The notes under the pieces: generated by a model
What the model was told of the DNA's origin: nothing
The model's input: the letters and a program-made list of their open reading frames with translations, nothing else
The model's database searches: none
Assembly (NCBI GenBank): GCA_038330175.1
Contig: JBBQNS010000001.1
Coordinates: 15,552-79,551, forward strand
Direction: 5' to 3'
DNA length: 64,000 bases
Source: Kiritimatiellia bacterium
GTDB taxonomy: Bacteria > Verrucomicrobiota > Kiritimatiellia > CAIKKV01 > CAITUY01
Program-made: the position numbers and the translations under genes
Part shown: one piece after another, positions 17,172 to 26,272 of the stretch
Layout of the letters: every line of letters begins with the position of its first letter
How positions within the stretch are numbered: the first letter of the stretch is position 1

Positions 17172-18344
17172 ATGAATAGGCAACAATACTTATTTCAGAA
17201 AATGAACCTATGGTTGGAGGCTAAGGGTTACAAACCCGTCTTCTCGCTTTCCAACAAGGATGCTGAACTTGATAGAGATTCTATCTTCAGGAAAGAGGGT
17301 GCGGCTCCTCTTGCTGTCGAGATGCGGGTGCTGAATGCCTACAGGTCTCAGGAATTCAGAGCGTTGATCGGTGATGCGATACTGCGCAACCGATATGGCG
17401 AATCGGAACGGCAAGTTGAAAAGGAATTCTTCCTTGCCATCATGCTTAAACGCATAAGCCCGATGATCGTGAAGGATCTTCAGGATTATGCTCAAAGGTA
17501 TCTGCCATCTTTGAACTGGCTGGCAGTGGATGAAGTGGGCCAAGGACAGGCCTGGTTCAGTGGTGTACAGGAATCGATCTCATTGTCGGATGCCTTCCGA
17601 CAAGAGGTTGATGGAAAGGTTCAGAGCTCACCGGGAAATATCTTTTCCCAAAAGAACCAGTGGTTGTTCAAAATCCTTCTGTTGGCGGGCATTGATAAAC
17701 AGTACTGGGGAGGGCCCTCACGTGTTCCAGGCAGCATCAGCGAACTGGCTCAAATATCGGGCGTTCCCCAGCCCTCAGTCTCATCTTTTGTAATGAAAGC
17801 CGAAAGCGCGGGATTCCTGAAACGATCCCGAGGTGGATTTCACATCATTCGATATCATGAATTGCTGGATGAATGGTTCTACTCCGTCAAACAACGGCGG
17901 CGCTATGAAGTCGGAGCACGCTTTCTCTATGGTGAGGAACCCGATGAACGTTTTGTCGACAAGATGAGGGAGTACTGCCACAAGGCAAAGTCAGGAGTGG
18001 ATGGTCCGGTACTCATTGCCGGTCATCACCTTGCCTGCCATCTTCTGAAACTGGGCCGTTCCAATGTTCAGTTTGCCAAGATTTATGCAAATCGTCCGGT
18101 AGAGGAAATGATGTCGGAACTCGACCTGGCACGAGATGAATCCTCCGATCCTCAACTGGTCCTGGCGGTTCCGCCAATCGCGCAACCGGTCTTTGCGGGC
18201 CACGTTGTTTGCGATGGAATTCCCGTAAGCGATGTACTTCAATGCTATTTAGACGTGAGATCGTCGCTTGCGCGCGGCAATGAGCAGGCAGAATTCATTC
18301 TGGAAAAAATACTCATGCCCCATTTCGAAAGGAAGCCTCTATAA
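17172..18344 (+). CDS. Hypothetical 390-aa protein with a central winged-helix-like segment. Candidate AbiEi-like antitoxin/regulator partner of the downstream nucleotidyltransferase.
   Basis: Markedly AT-rich codon usage compared with its surroundings. A putative wHTH (ISELAQISGVPQPSVSSFVMKAESAGFLKRSRGG) is present. The stop overlaps the next start (TAATG). Confidence 0.4.
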   Translation: MNRQQYLFQKMNLWLEAKGYKPVFSLSNKDAELDRDSIFRKEGAAPLAVEMRVLNAYRSQEFRALIGDAILRNRYGESERQVEKEFFLAIMLKRISPMIVKDLQDYAQRYLPSLNWLAVDEVGQGQAWFSGVQESISLSDAFRQEVDGKVQSSPGNIFSQKNQWLFKILLLAGIDKQYWGGPSRVPGSISELAQISGVPQPSVSSFVMKAESAGFLKRSRGGFHIIRYHELLDEWFYSVKQRRRYEVGARFLYGEEPDERFVDKMREYCHKAKSGVDGPVLIAGHHLACHLLKLGRSNVQFAKIYANRPVEEMMSELDLARDESSDPQLVLAVPPIAQPVFAGHVVCDGIPVSDVLQCYLDVRSSLARGNEQAEFILEKILMPHFERKPL

Positions 18345-19213
18345 TGATAGGAAAAAGATTTGATCCTTTCTTTGCTCAGATTGTACAGACTCTGGGGCCC
18401 TATTTGGATGATGTTTTGTGTATCGGCGGGTGCGCCAACGCTCTTTACCGGTTCCACGATCTCGCGAGTCCTATGCCCTGGGGGTACCTTGGGACCAAGG
18501 ACGTGGATCTCGCCACACCTCAGCACCTGTTCGTGAAGGACGGAAAGTCACTGGCTGTTCTCATGGCGGAAGCCGGGCTTGAGGAGGAACAGAAGGGACA
18601 CGGCCACCAAGCTGTGATTAAATATAAGGCAAAGGATGGCGATCTGGCTGCGGAACTGGAGTTTCTGTGCCCATTGTCAGGAGCCAAGGGCCAACGAGAA
18701 GGATCAGAGTCACCCACTGTCTGTGTGGTTCAGGAAGGGTTGCATGCCCAGCCACTGCGTTACCTTGAAATTCTCTTCAGTCATCCCTGGTCGGTGAGTA
18801 TCGGGAAGATTCCTGAATTCAGGGAACTCGGCGGGTTGCAAGTTCATGTGCCGAATCCGGCGGCCTATGTTGTGCAGAAAATCCTGATTCGTGATCAAAG
18901 GCGGTCTGATCTATCGAAGGCGAAAGACTGTTACTACATCTATGAGATTTCGGTTATCTTCAGGGACGCCTTGGATCAGATCTCATCTGAGTTTGAAGGG
19001 CTGTTCCCATGTCTTCCCGCGTGGAAAAAACGGTTTCAGAAAGAGGCGAGCCACCTGTTTGAATCACAAAATTCAGAAGGGCCCGCTTTGGCTGTACGCA
19101 CATATCATGATGCAGGACGTCCAAGAACGGGAACTAAGATGCCTCCGACACCCGAGATGGTCTATCGCTCGGTCAAAAAACTACTTACGGCAATGAATAC
19201 CAGCCTTCTGTGA
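18344..19213 (+). CDS. Divergent AbiEii/DUF1814-like nucleotidyltransferase (candidate toxin or effector)
   Basis: NTase-fold motif hGG...Y...(D/E)hD (LCIGGCANALYRF...GTKDVDLATP). C-terminal KILIRDQRRSDLSKAKDCYYIY parallels the K..R..K.RDWYDL of the canonical AbiEii at 20343. Translationally coupled to the upstream gene. Confidence 0.5.
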   Translation: MIGKRFDPFFAQIVQTLGPYLDDVLCIGGCANALYRFHDLASPMPWGYLGTKDVDLATPQHLFVKDGKSLAVLMAEAGLEEEQKGHGHQAVIKYKAKDGDLAAELEFLCPLSGAKGQREGSESPTVCVVQEGLHAQPLRYLEILFSHPWSVSIGKIPEFRELGGLQVHVPNPAAYVVQKILIRDQRRSDLSKAKDCYYIYEISVIFRDALDQISSEFEGLFPCLPAWKKRFQKEASHLFESQNSEGPALAVRTYHDAGRPRTGTKMPPTPEMVYRSVKKLLTAMNTSLL

Positions 19214-19287
19214 TCATGACCTTAACGTTTAACGTTTCGTCACCTGATCCTTATATAAATCTGCTATTAACTTGTCCCTGATGAGCC

Positions 19288-20112
19288 TTAGCCTTCTAAT
19301 AGTTGTGTAAGCGCTTGGGGTGCAAGTTGTCGGCCATATTCCGACAGTTCGAACGATTCCACGTAATGGAATGAGTCGGCCTCGACGCCATACTGGGCGT
19401 GAAGTTGGGTCCGGTATAAATCGGCCTGAAGACGGTTGGAGGCTAACCATCGTTTTTCCAAAAAAGCCAATCGTTCAATCCGGGTCATGCGGCTCAGGTT
19501 AAAATCTTTGTTCCCGTCAAGCCAGGGTAGCCATTCGTAAAATTGCGACACGTGGCAGTCGAGCATCGCCAGTTTGGAGCTGACGGCATTGTCAATGGCG
19601 ATGCAGGCATCCGGACGGAACGGGGTGGGCTGTTGAAATCCATCCCAGCTCACGCAAAACACCGGCCACTCCAGGGGAATCGGAATTTCAGGGCAATACA
19701 GCGGCACCCGGATCAAAAAAGAGGCATCCTGTACCAGTTGGGCCGTTGCCCGATGATCAGCGTGGTAATCACATTGGCGATGTGAGATGACGATGTCCGG
19801 GGCGAATTCACGGATGATTTTTACGATTTGTGCCCGGTTCCCCAGTGACGGCACCAGTTGACCGTCGTGGTGATCCAATACTTGGTATTCTGCCAATCCC
19901 GCGATATGGGCGGAGGCCTGGGCTTCTGCATAACGCCGTTTGATCAGTTCAGTGGGGGACATGGCGTAATGTCCGGCATCTCCGTTGGTGGTAGACACGA
20001 ATTTCACTTTGTGGCCCAGTTTGGACAACTTGATGGCACATCCGCCGAACATCCCGTCCGGGTCATCGGGATGGGCTCCGATAATAAGAAATTTTTTGCA
20101 GGTCAACTTCAT
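19288..20112 (-). CDS. PIG-L/LmbE-family N-acetylglucosaminyl deacetylase
   Basis: LIIGAHPDDPD ... HADHRAT zinc-binding motifs. The ATG at 20112 is preferred over the TTG-extended ORF start. Confidence 0.8.
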   Translation of the reverse strand: MKLTCKKFLIIGAHPDDPDGMFGGCAIKLSKLGHKVKFVSTTNGDAGHYAMSPTELIKRRYAEAQASAHIAGLAEYQVLDHHDGQLVPSLGNRAQIVKIIREFAPDIVISHRQCDYHADHRATAQLVQDASFLIRVPLYCPEIPIPLEWPVFCVSWDGFQQPTPFRPDACIAIDNAVSSKLAMLDCHVSQFYEWLPWLDGNKDFNLSRMTRIERLAFLEKRWLASNRLQADLYRTQLHAQYGVEADSFHYVESFELSEYGRQLAPQALTQLLEG

Positions 20113-20342
20113 GGTTTTGTTAAAGAATATTGAATCCCTAGGGTTTTGCAACGTTTGATCAATCAGCCTAATTCATCCTGCCTACCTTCCGCCCCGGTTC
20201 CACTAGCGGCAGCCCCGTATTCGCTCGAGGCATAGAGTCACGAGTGAGTGAGTAGAGAGATCGAAAGATTTTCACGGCGCGATACGATGCGACCCTTCGC
20301 GGTTACGTAAGGGCCAGATGCAAGCCTTATTGCCGCAGACCG

Positions 20343-21212
20343 TCAAACCAACACGATTCGGCGCATGACTTCCGTGAAAAAGTCCTTTGACCACAGAGCC
20401 AAGGCTTGCCGATCCCGCACGAAAGGCTCGACGTCAGCAATGGCCTGCCTCACGTCCAGGCGGTCGACCGCATCAGCGAGTTGGCGCCGTAATTCGTCCG
20501 GCGCCAGTGCATGGGCTGCAGTGTAGTCTCCAGATTGGCGCATGCGAAATTCCAGATGCCGGACGTGCAGCTCCGGGTGTCGCCCCGCATACCAAACCAG
20601 ATCGTACCAGTCCCTTCCCTTTACCCGGTTCTTCCATTTCCGACACAGCACGGCATGGATTTTGCCAGCAAAGAGGTCGGGCAAAGAATAGGTGCGTACG
20701 GCAAAGGGGACAGGCTGGAGAACATACTTCGTTTCAGTGGTAAATCCGGGCGGGGGCTTTGTATCCACTTCCAGTTTGATCGTGAGTTGACGTCCTAAGG
20801 GAAGCGTTGCAACCATTTCAGGAGCCGCCTCCAGCACAATCATTTGTTGCACGGTGTCCGTCTTGAGAAATGCCGACTCAATCGCCGAGGCCTTCCGCAC
20901 GTTCGGTTTCTGATCAAACCGCACTGAAAACCCGAAACTACGGAGTTCATTCTGCAGCGCATCTCCGTAGCGGGCCAGTGTGAAATGGGCATCCGGCTTG
21001 AGGAGCGAGAAGTCCAGATCCTCCGAATAGCGGTCAAGCCCGTGAAGGATCCTCAGAGCGGTTCCTCCATAGAAAGCGGCATGCTCAAAAAACTTGCTTC
21101 GCCACAACCCCAGCAGCGCCAGTTCCTGAAGAATCTCGCGAAGGGCATTCAAGTAATCGTCACGGGTCTTGCAGTCGTACCGAGCCAACATCTGCCTAAC
21201 AGCCTCATTCAT
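20343..21212 (-). CDS. abiEii: AbiEii/AbiGii-family nucleotidyltransferase toxin (type IV TA / abortive-infection)
   Basis: Canonical FYGGTALRILHGLDRYSEDLDFSL motif. A 289-aa ORF. Overlaps the upstream abiEi stop by 4 nt. Confidence 0.85.
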   Translation of the reverse strand: MNEAVRQMLARYDCKTRDDYLNALREILQELALLGLWRSKFFEHAAFYGGTALRILHGLDRYSEDLDFSLLKPDAHFTLARYGDALQNELRSFGFSVRFDQKPNVRKASAIESAFLKTDTVQQMIVLEAAPEMVATLPLGRQLTIKLEVDTKPPPGFTTETKYVLQPVPFAVRTYSLPDLFAGKIHAVLCRKWKNRVKGRDWYDLVWYAGRHPELHVRHLEFRMRQSGDYTAAHALAPDELRRQLADAVDRLDVRQAIADVEPFVRDRQALALWSKDFFTEVMRRIVLV

Positions 21213-21859
21213 CGGTGTTTCCTCCGTGTGCGTTGGACGGCTTCAACCAATCCCGCGATCCGGGAGTCGTTATACCCTCCGGCAATTTCCTGCACCGCCT
21301 TCAGATCCAGTTGGGCAAGTCGTTCCCGGTCAATACGCAAATCGTCAAACAAGTAGACGGCATAATCGATGGACGCCGAGGGTTTAAACCGTCGATCCAA
21401 CCAAACGATATCAGCCAATGCCTTTTCAGGTGATGCGATTAGAAAATAATCAGCGCCGCTCTTCGCCTGCGTTAGTCCCATGGCGTAAGGCATCATGGGA
21501 ATCCGGCGATAAGTGAACAAACCGAACGGCGTCTGAAACCGGCGAGTCTTGCCACTGGTGACGCTCGTGACTACGTTTACCCGCTCGGGAATCATCCCAT
21601 GATGACTGAGGGCATACTGTAAACTGATATAGGAAGGCCCGCAAATGAGGTTAGCAAGAAGTTCCCTGCAAACCGGTTGCCGCCGCCACGCCTCTCCGAA
21701 AACATACAACCCCTTCTTGACACGCACAACGGCCCCTGTGGCCATCAAAGAACTGATCTTGTCACGTGGCTTGGAGTACTCCCGCAGAACATCCATCAGC
21801 TGCTGGTAGTCGATGACTTCCCAGTCAATGCTTCGTCTTAGTTCTTCCATTACATTCAC
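21209..21859 (-). CDS. abiEi: AbiEi-family antitoxin / transcriptional regulator
   Basis: 216 aa. Typical AbiEi N-terminal wHTH plus C-terminal domain (GLYVFG...ALSHHGMIPE). Immediately upstream of abiEii with a 4-nt overlap. Confidence 0.8.
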   Translation of the reverse strand: MNVMEELRRSIDWEVIDYQQLMDVLREYSKPRDKISSLMATGAVVRVKKGLYVFGEAWRRQPVCRELLANLICGPSYISLQYALSHHGMIPERVNVVTSVTSGKTRRFQTPFGLFTYRRIPMMPYAMGLTQAKSGADYFLIASPEKALADIVWLDRRFKPSASIDYAVYLFDDLRIDRERLAQLDLKAVQEIAGGYNDSRIAGLVEAVQRTRRKHR

Positions 21860-21884
21860 AGTTCAGAGTAAACCATATTTAATT

Positions 21885-21915
21885 CCAGTATGTCCAGTAT
21901 TATTGGACATACTGG
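21885..21915. promoter_or_regulatory. Perfect 12-bp inverted repeat CCAGTATGTCCA-N7-TGGACATACTGG, about 25–55 bp upstream of the abiEi start. Candidate AbiEi autoregulatory operator.
   Basis: The exact palindrome is seen in the sequence. AbiEi antitoxins are known to autorepress through inverted repeats in their own promoter. Confidence 0.5.
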
Positions 21916-21991
21916 ATTTCAAAGACGTCGCTGCCGCTTTGAAAAAACACGATACCCCACCCTGATGCGCATACGCGGGCGGGGTTCCTGC

Positions 21992-22828
21992 CTACCGCTG
22001 GAATTCGCGGGGATCTAGGGGCTGGATCGCAAAGTCCGGCTTCCAATGGGGAGATTGGCCATAAAAGGCCATGGCATTATCGAAGGTGAGACGGCTTATG
22101 TCGGATTCAGGGAACCCGTCTAAACGCAGTTGATTCACCACCTTCACCAGACTCAACGGATCGGATACGCCCCAATCGGCAGAGCCATCAACAATCATAC
22201 GCTCACTGCCATATTCCCGGATAATGGCGGTTACCCGCTCCGGATTAAGCTTGGAAATCGGGTAAACGGTCATCCCGCAATAGCAACCGCTTTCCCGTGA
22301 AAGCCGGATCGTATCCTCGGTATTATGATCGATCTCAACCAAGTCCGGATTGATGCCCTCGGCCTTTATAATTTCAAGAGTCCGCTTGGTCCCTCGCAGT
22401 TTATCCAGATGCGGAAGATGCACGATCACGGGCATGTGATGTTCATGGGCGATATGCAACTGGCGGACAAAGGCAATTTCCTCATTTACCGTAATAGCAT
22501 TAAACCCTATCTCTCCGATAGCCACACAGCGGGGATGGGTAAGGTACGGAGTCAGGCCATCCATAACCTCTTTTGCCAAAACCACATCTTCGGCTTCCTT
22601 GGGGTTGAGTGATATGGCGACGTAATGATCAATGCCAAATCGCCGGGCCCGGACCGTTTCAAACTCGAGTATCAGATCGAAATAATCAAAAAAGGTTCCG
22701 GCATATCGACGATTGCGCCCCATCCAAAAAGAAGGCTCCACGCAAGCTCTGATGCCAGCCTGAAACATGGCAACATAGTCGTCCGTGGTTCGCGAGTACA
22801 TGTGAATATGGGGTTCAATAATGCTCAT
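21992..22828 (-). CDS. TatD-related metal-dependent hydrolase (TIM-barrel amidohydrolase-like). Possibly an EboB-type hydrolase.
   Basis: N-terminus MSIIEPHIHMYSRTTDDY (PHxH metal ligands). A 278-aa ORF. Confidence 0.55.
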   Translation of the reverse strand: MSIIEPHIHMYSRTTDDYVAMFQAGIRACVEPSFWMGRNRRYAGTFFDYFDLILEFETVRARRFGIDHYVAISLNPKEAEDVVLAKEVMDGLTPYLTHPRCVAIGEIGFNAITVNEEIAFVRQLHIAHEHHMPVIVHLPHLDKLRGTKRTLEIIKAEGINPDLVEIDHNTEDTIRLSRESGCYCGMTVYPISKLNPERVTAIIREYGSERMIVDGSADWGVSDPLSLVKVVNQLRLDGFPESDISRLTFDNAMAFYGQSPHWKPDFAIQPLDPREFQR

Positions 22829-22837
22829 AACTACCGC

Positions 22838-23878
22838 CTATCTCGTAAAATTAATTCGTGGATCGATCAGAGTATAGCAAAAATCAGAAACAATGTTACC
22901 AAGCAGTCCCAGAATGGAGGTGAGCGCCAAGATTCCCATAAAAACAGGATAATCGCGTCCCACGATCGCGTCCAAACTCAGTCGACCCATCCCGGGAATT
23001 TCAAAAATCTGCTCAATAATCACGGAGCCGGCAAACATCACGCCCAGAATGCCGCCAATCCCTGTGGCGATGGGAATCAGGGCATTGCGCAAGGCGTGCC
23101 CCCAGACCGCACGCTGGGCAGAGCCGCCCTTAGCCAATACCGTCCGTAGGTAGTCTTTTCCTACTTGGTCCAGCAACGAATTTTTCATCAACAAGGTCAA
23201 AACCGCAAAGCCCCCAATGACATAGCAGAGAACCGGCAGCACCATATGCCAGAGTGCATCCGCCATCTGTCCGAGCCAGGAATAGGATTCAAAGGACTCA
23301 GAATGAACGCCCGAGAGCGGGAAGATATCCCAGAGATTATCTGCCGTGCCACACAACATCATCTTAAGCAACATCCCTAAGGCCACGACTGGAATCGCAT
23401 AGCCGCTTAACACAATGACGCTTGAGGCCATATCAAAAGCGCTACCGTTCTTCAGCGCCTTGGAAATTCCCAACGGAATACAGATCAAATAGCTCAATAC
23501 GACCCCGGTAAGACCGAACACAAGGGATACTGGAACCCGCTCGCGGATCAGTTGCCAAGCGGTTTTATTGGGATATTTGAAGGATTCCTGACGCATCCCC
23601 AGCCGGTCGTGTGCCAGCCATTTCCAGTACTGAGTCAGAAAGGGTTTATCGAAGCCAAAATGCTTCTCCAGCGCCTTGCGTTGCTCCGCCGTGATCGTTC
23701 CAGACGCCCCGGCGGCCATCTTCCCTTCCCCGGAGGAAATCCCCTTCATCTGCATGATGATCTGCTCGACAGGCCCGCCAGGGATAACTTGGACGAGCCC
23801 ATAGCATAAGAGGGTGATCCCTAAAAATGTAGGGATCACCATTAACAACCGCCTGATAAAGTAGCTAGCTCGCTCCAT
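22838..23878 (-). CDS. ABC transporter permease, OppB/YejB (peptide/microcin-C-type) family. An orphan with no ATPase or binding protein nearby.
   Basis: MERASYFIRRLLMVIPTFLGITLLCYGLVQ N-terminus and a ...DPRINFTR C-terminus. The true start at 23878 is internal to the longer ORF-track call. Confidence 0.75.
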   Translation of the reverse strand: MERASYFIRRLLMVIPTFLGITLLCYGLVQVIPGGPVEQIIMQMKGISSGEGKMAAGASGTITAEQRKALEKHFGFDKPFLTQYWKWLAHDRLGMRQESFKYPNKTAWQLIRERVPVSLVFGLTGVVLSYLICIPLGISKALKNGSAFDMASSVIVLSGYAIPVVALGMLLKMMLCGTADNLWDIFPLSGVHSESFESYSWLGQMADALWHMVLPVLCYVIGGFAVLTLLMKNSLLDQVGKDYLRTVLAKGGSAQRAVWGHALRNALIPIATGIGGILGVMFAGSVIIEQIFEIPGMGRLSLDAIVGRDYPVFMGILALTSILGLLGNIVSDFCYTLIDPRINFTR

Positions 23879-23894
23879 CGTCTGTGACGATAAC

Positions 23895-25349
23895 TTAAAC
23901 CACGTAGGTTGAAGACACCGTCGTTCCACCGGCGCCTGTCCAATTGGTATGGAAAGCCTCACCCCGCGGCTTATCCACACGTTCGTAGGTATGCGCACCG
24001 AAGTAGTCGCGCTGAGCCTGAAGCAGGTTCGCCGGCAAACGTTCACACCGGTAGCCGTCATAATAATTGAGCGCCGCGCTCATCGCAGGCATCGGGATGC
24101 CCAGCTTAATTGCCATGGACAACACTTTACGCCAGGACGTTTGCGCCCGAGCCGTCGCCTTCTGGAAGAAGGGATCCATCATCAGATTATCGAGACCCGG
24201 ATTCTTGGTGAACGCCTGCTTGATCTTGCCCAGGAAAGCGGACCGGATGATGCAGCCGCCGCGCCACATCAAGGCAATTCCACCATAGTTCAAGTCCCAC
24301 CCGTACTCCTTGGCCGCCGCGCGCATCAACTGATACCCCTGGGCATACGACACAATCTTGGAAGCGTAGAGGGCCTTGCGCAGGTCCTTGATCATCGAGG
24401 CCTTGTTCCCCTTGAACACCGCTTTGGATCCCACCAACACTTTCGAGGCCGCCACACGCTCGGACTTGATGGCCGAAATACAACGTGCGAATACGGCCTC
24501 TGAAATCAGTGTCAGCGGCATCCCTGTATCCAAGGCCGCAATGCAGGTCCATTTACCGGTCCCCTTCTGTCCGGCGGCATCCAGAATCAGGTCCACAACT
24601 TCACAGCCGTTTTCGTCCTTGTAACCAAGGATGTCGCGGGTGATTTCAATAAGATAGCTATCCAGCTCACCTTTGTTCCATTCGGCGAACACCTGATGCA
24701 TTTCGGTATTGGACATGCCCAAGCCGGACTTCATCATTTGATAGGTTTCGCAGATCATCTGCATGTCCCCGTACTCAATGCCATTGTGCACCATCTTCAC
24801 AAAATGGCCGGCCCCGTCCTGGCCCACCCAGTCGCAACAAGGCTCCCCTTTGTCCGTCATGGCACAGATCTTCTGAAAAATGGGCTTCACATGCGGCCAC
24901 GCTGCGGGCGAACCGCCGGGCATAATCGACGGTCCGAGCAAGGCTCCTTCTTCACCGCCACTGACGCCGGTTCCGACATAAAGCAACCCTTTGCTTTCAA
25001 CATACTTGGTGCGGCGCGTGGTGTCCGGGAAATGGCTGTTACCGCCATCGATAATAATATCGCCCGCTTGCAAATGAGGAATCAACTGTTCGATAAAATC
25101 GTCTACCGGCTGACCCGCCTTCACCATCATCATGACTTTCCGGGGCAATTTGAGTTGTGCAACCAACTCAGGAATGCTGTGGGCGCCAAGCAACTTTTTC
25201 CCCTTGCCACGCCCTGCCAGGAATTCATCCACCTTGCTGGTCGTCCGATTATAACACGCCACCGTAAACCCTTTGCTCTCCATATTGAGAACAAGATTTT
25301 CACCCATTACCGCCAAGCCAATCAATCCGATATCCGCTAATTGCGACAT
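23895..25349 (-). CDS. gnd: 6-phosphogluconate dehydrogenase (decarboxylating)
   Basis: MSQLADIGLIGLAVMGENLVLN and GTGVSGGEEGA motifs, with full-length similarity to Gnd. The start at 25349 is internal to the ORF-track call. Confidence 0.9.
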   Translation of the reverse strand: MSQLADIGLIGLAVMGENLVLNMESKGFTVACYNRTTSKVDEFLAGRGKGKKLLGAHSIPELVAQLKLPRKVMMMVKAGQPVDDFIEQLIPHLQAGDIIIDGGNSHFPDTTRRTKYVESKGLLYVGTGVSGGEEGALLGPSIMPGGSPAAWPHVKPIFQKICAMTDKGEPCCDWVGQDGAGHFVKMVHNGIEYGDMQMICETYQMMKSGLGMSNTEMHQVFAEWNKGELDSYLIEITRDILGYKDENGCEVVDLILDAAGQKGTGKWTCIAALDTGMPLTLISEAVFARCISAIKSERVAASKVLVGSKAVFKGNKASMIKDLRKALYASKIVSYAQGYQLMRAAAKEYGWDLNYGGIALMWRGGCIIRSAFLGKIKQAFTKNPGLDNLMMDPFFQKATARAQTSWRKVLSMAIKLGIPMPAMSAALNYYDGYRCERLPANLLQAQRDYFGAHTYERVDKPRGEAFHTNWTGAGGTTVSSTYVV

Positions 25350-25371
25350 AGTTTTCTCCTTCGTATGTATC

Positions 25372-26226
25372 TTACACGCCACTAAACGCACTAAACCCGC
25401 CATCCACAGGAATCACAGTTCCCGTCACAAAACCCGATGCCTCGTGGCTTGCCAACCACAACAGAACCCCCGTCAGGTCTTCAGGCCGTCCGAATTTATT
25501 CATCGGCGTATGCGAGACAATCGTGTTGCCCCGCGCCGTAAGGGATCCATCTGCCTGCGTGAGCAAGGTGCGGTTCTGCTCAGTTAGGAAAAATCCGGGT
25601 GCAATCGCATTCACACGAACCCCCACCTTCGACATGTGAACCGCCAGCCACTGGGTAAAATTACTCACGGCCGCCTTGGCGGCACCATAGGCCATCACCT
25701 TGGTCAAAGGCATCATGGCGCTCATCGAAGTGACATTAATGACTGCGCCACGTCCGGCTTTGGCCATCTCCCGGGCAAAGACCTGAGTAGGAATTAATGT
25801 GCCCAAAAAATTCAAATTAAACACAAGCTCAATCCCCTGCGGATCCAGATCAAAAAAAGTTGCAATCCCGGCCGTGGGCGCCACCAAGTCTTCGGGGAGC
25901 AGATATTCCCGACTGGTGTTTCCCTTGGAATTATTCCCGCCGGCCCCGTTAATCAGAAGCGTAACCATGCCAAACTTTTTTTCAACCACCGTATTCGCCC
26001 GCTCCACACTCGCTTTATCCAGAACATCCAGCGCGACCCCCATGGCGACACCACCGGCGGCGCATATCTCTCCGGCGACCTGATCGACCGCCGCCTGGCG
26101 CCGACTCGCCACCACGACTTTGGCCCCGCACTCCGCCAACGCCTTAGCCATGCACCCACAAAGAATGCCGCTCCCTCCTGTCACCACCACCACTTCATTA
26201 CTCAGATCCACTTTGAAAGGCACCAT
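25372..26226 (-). CDS. SDR-family oxidoreductase
   Basis: VVVTGGSGILCGCMAKALAECGAKVVV Rossmann motif. A 284-aa ORF. Confidence 0.8.
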   Translation of the reverse strand: MVPFKVDLSNEVVVVTGGSGILCGCMAKALAECGAKVVVASRRQAAVDQVAGEICAAGGVAMGVALDVLDKASVERANTVVEKKFGMVTLLINGAGGNNSKGNTSREYLLPEDLVAPTAGIATFFDLDPQGIELVFNLNFLGTLIPTQVFAREMAKAGRGAVINVTSMSAMMPLTKVMAYGAAKAAVSNFTQWLAVHMSKVGVRVNAIAPGFFLTEQNRTLLTQADGSLTARGNTIVSHTPMNKFGRPEDLTGVLLWLASHEASGFVTGTVIPVDGGFSAFSGV

Positions 26227-26272
26227 CGTATGTCTCCTTGAAGAAGTTAATCATTTCTATTCCCACCGGGGC

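Noticed and set aside
23949-25340. Plus-strand ORFs 23949–24503 and 24696–25340 inside gnd
   Set aside because: Antisense to a full-length, highly conserved 6-phosphogluconate dehydrogenase. Shadow ORFs.
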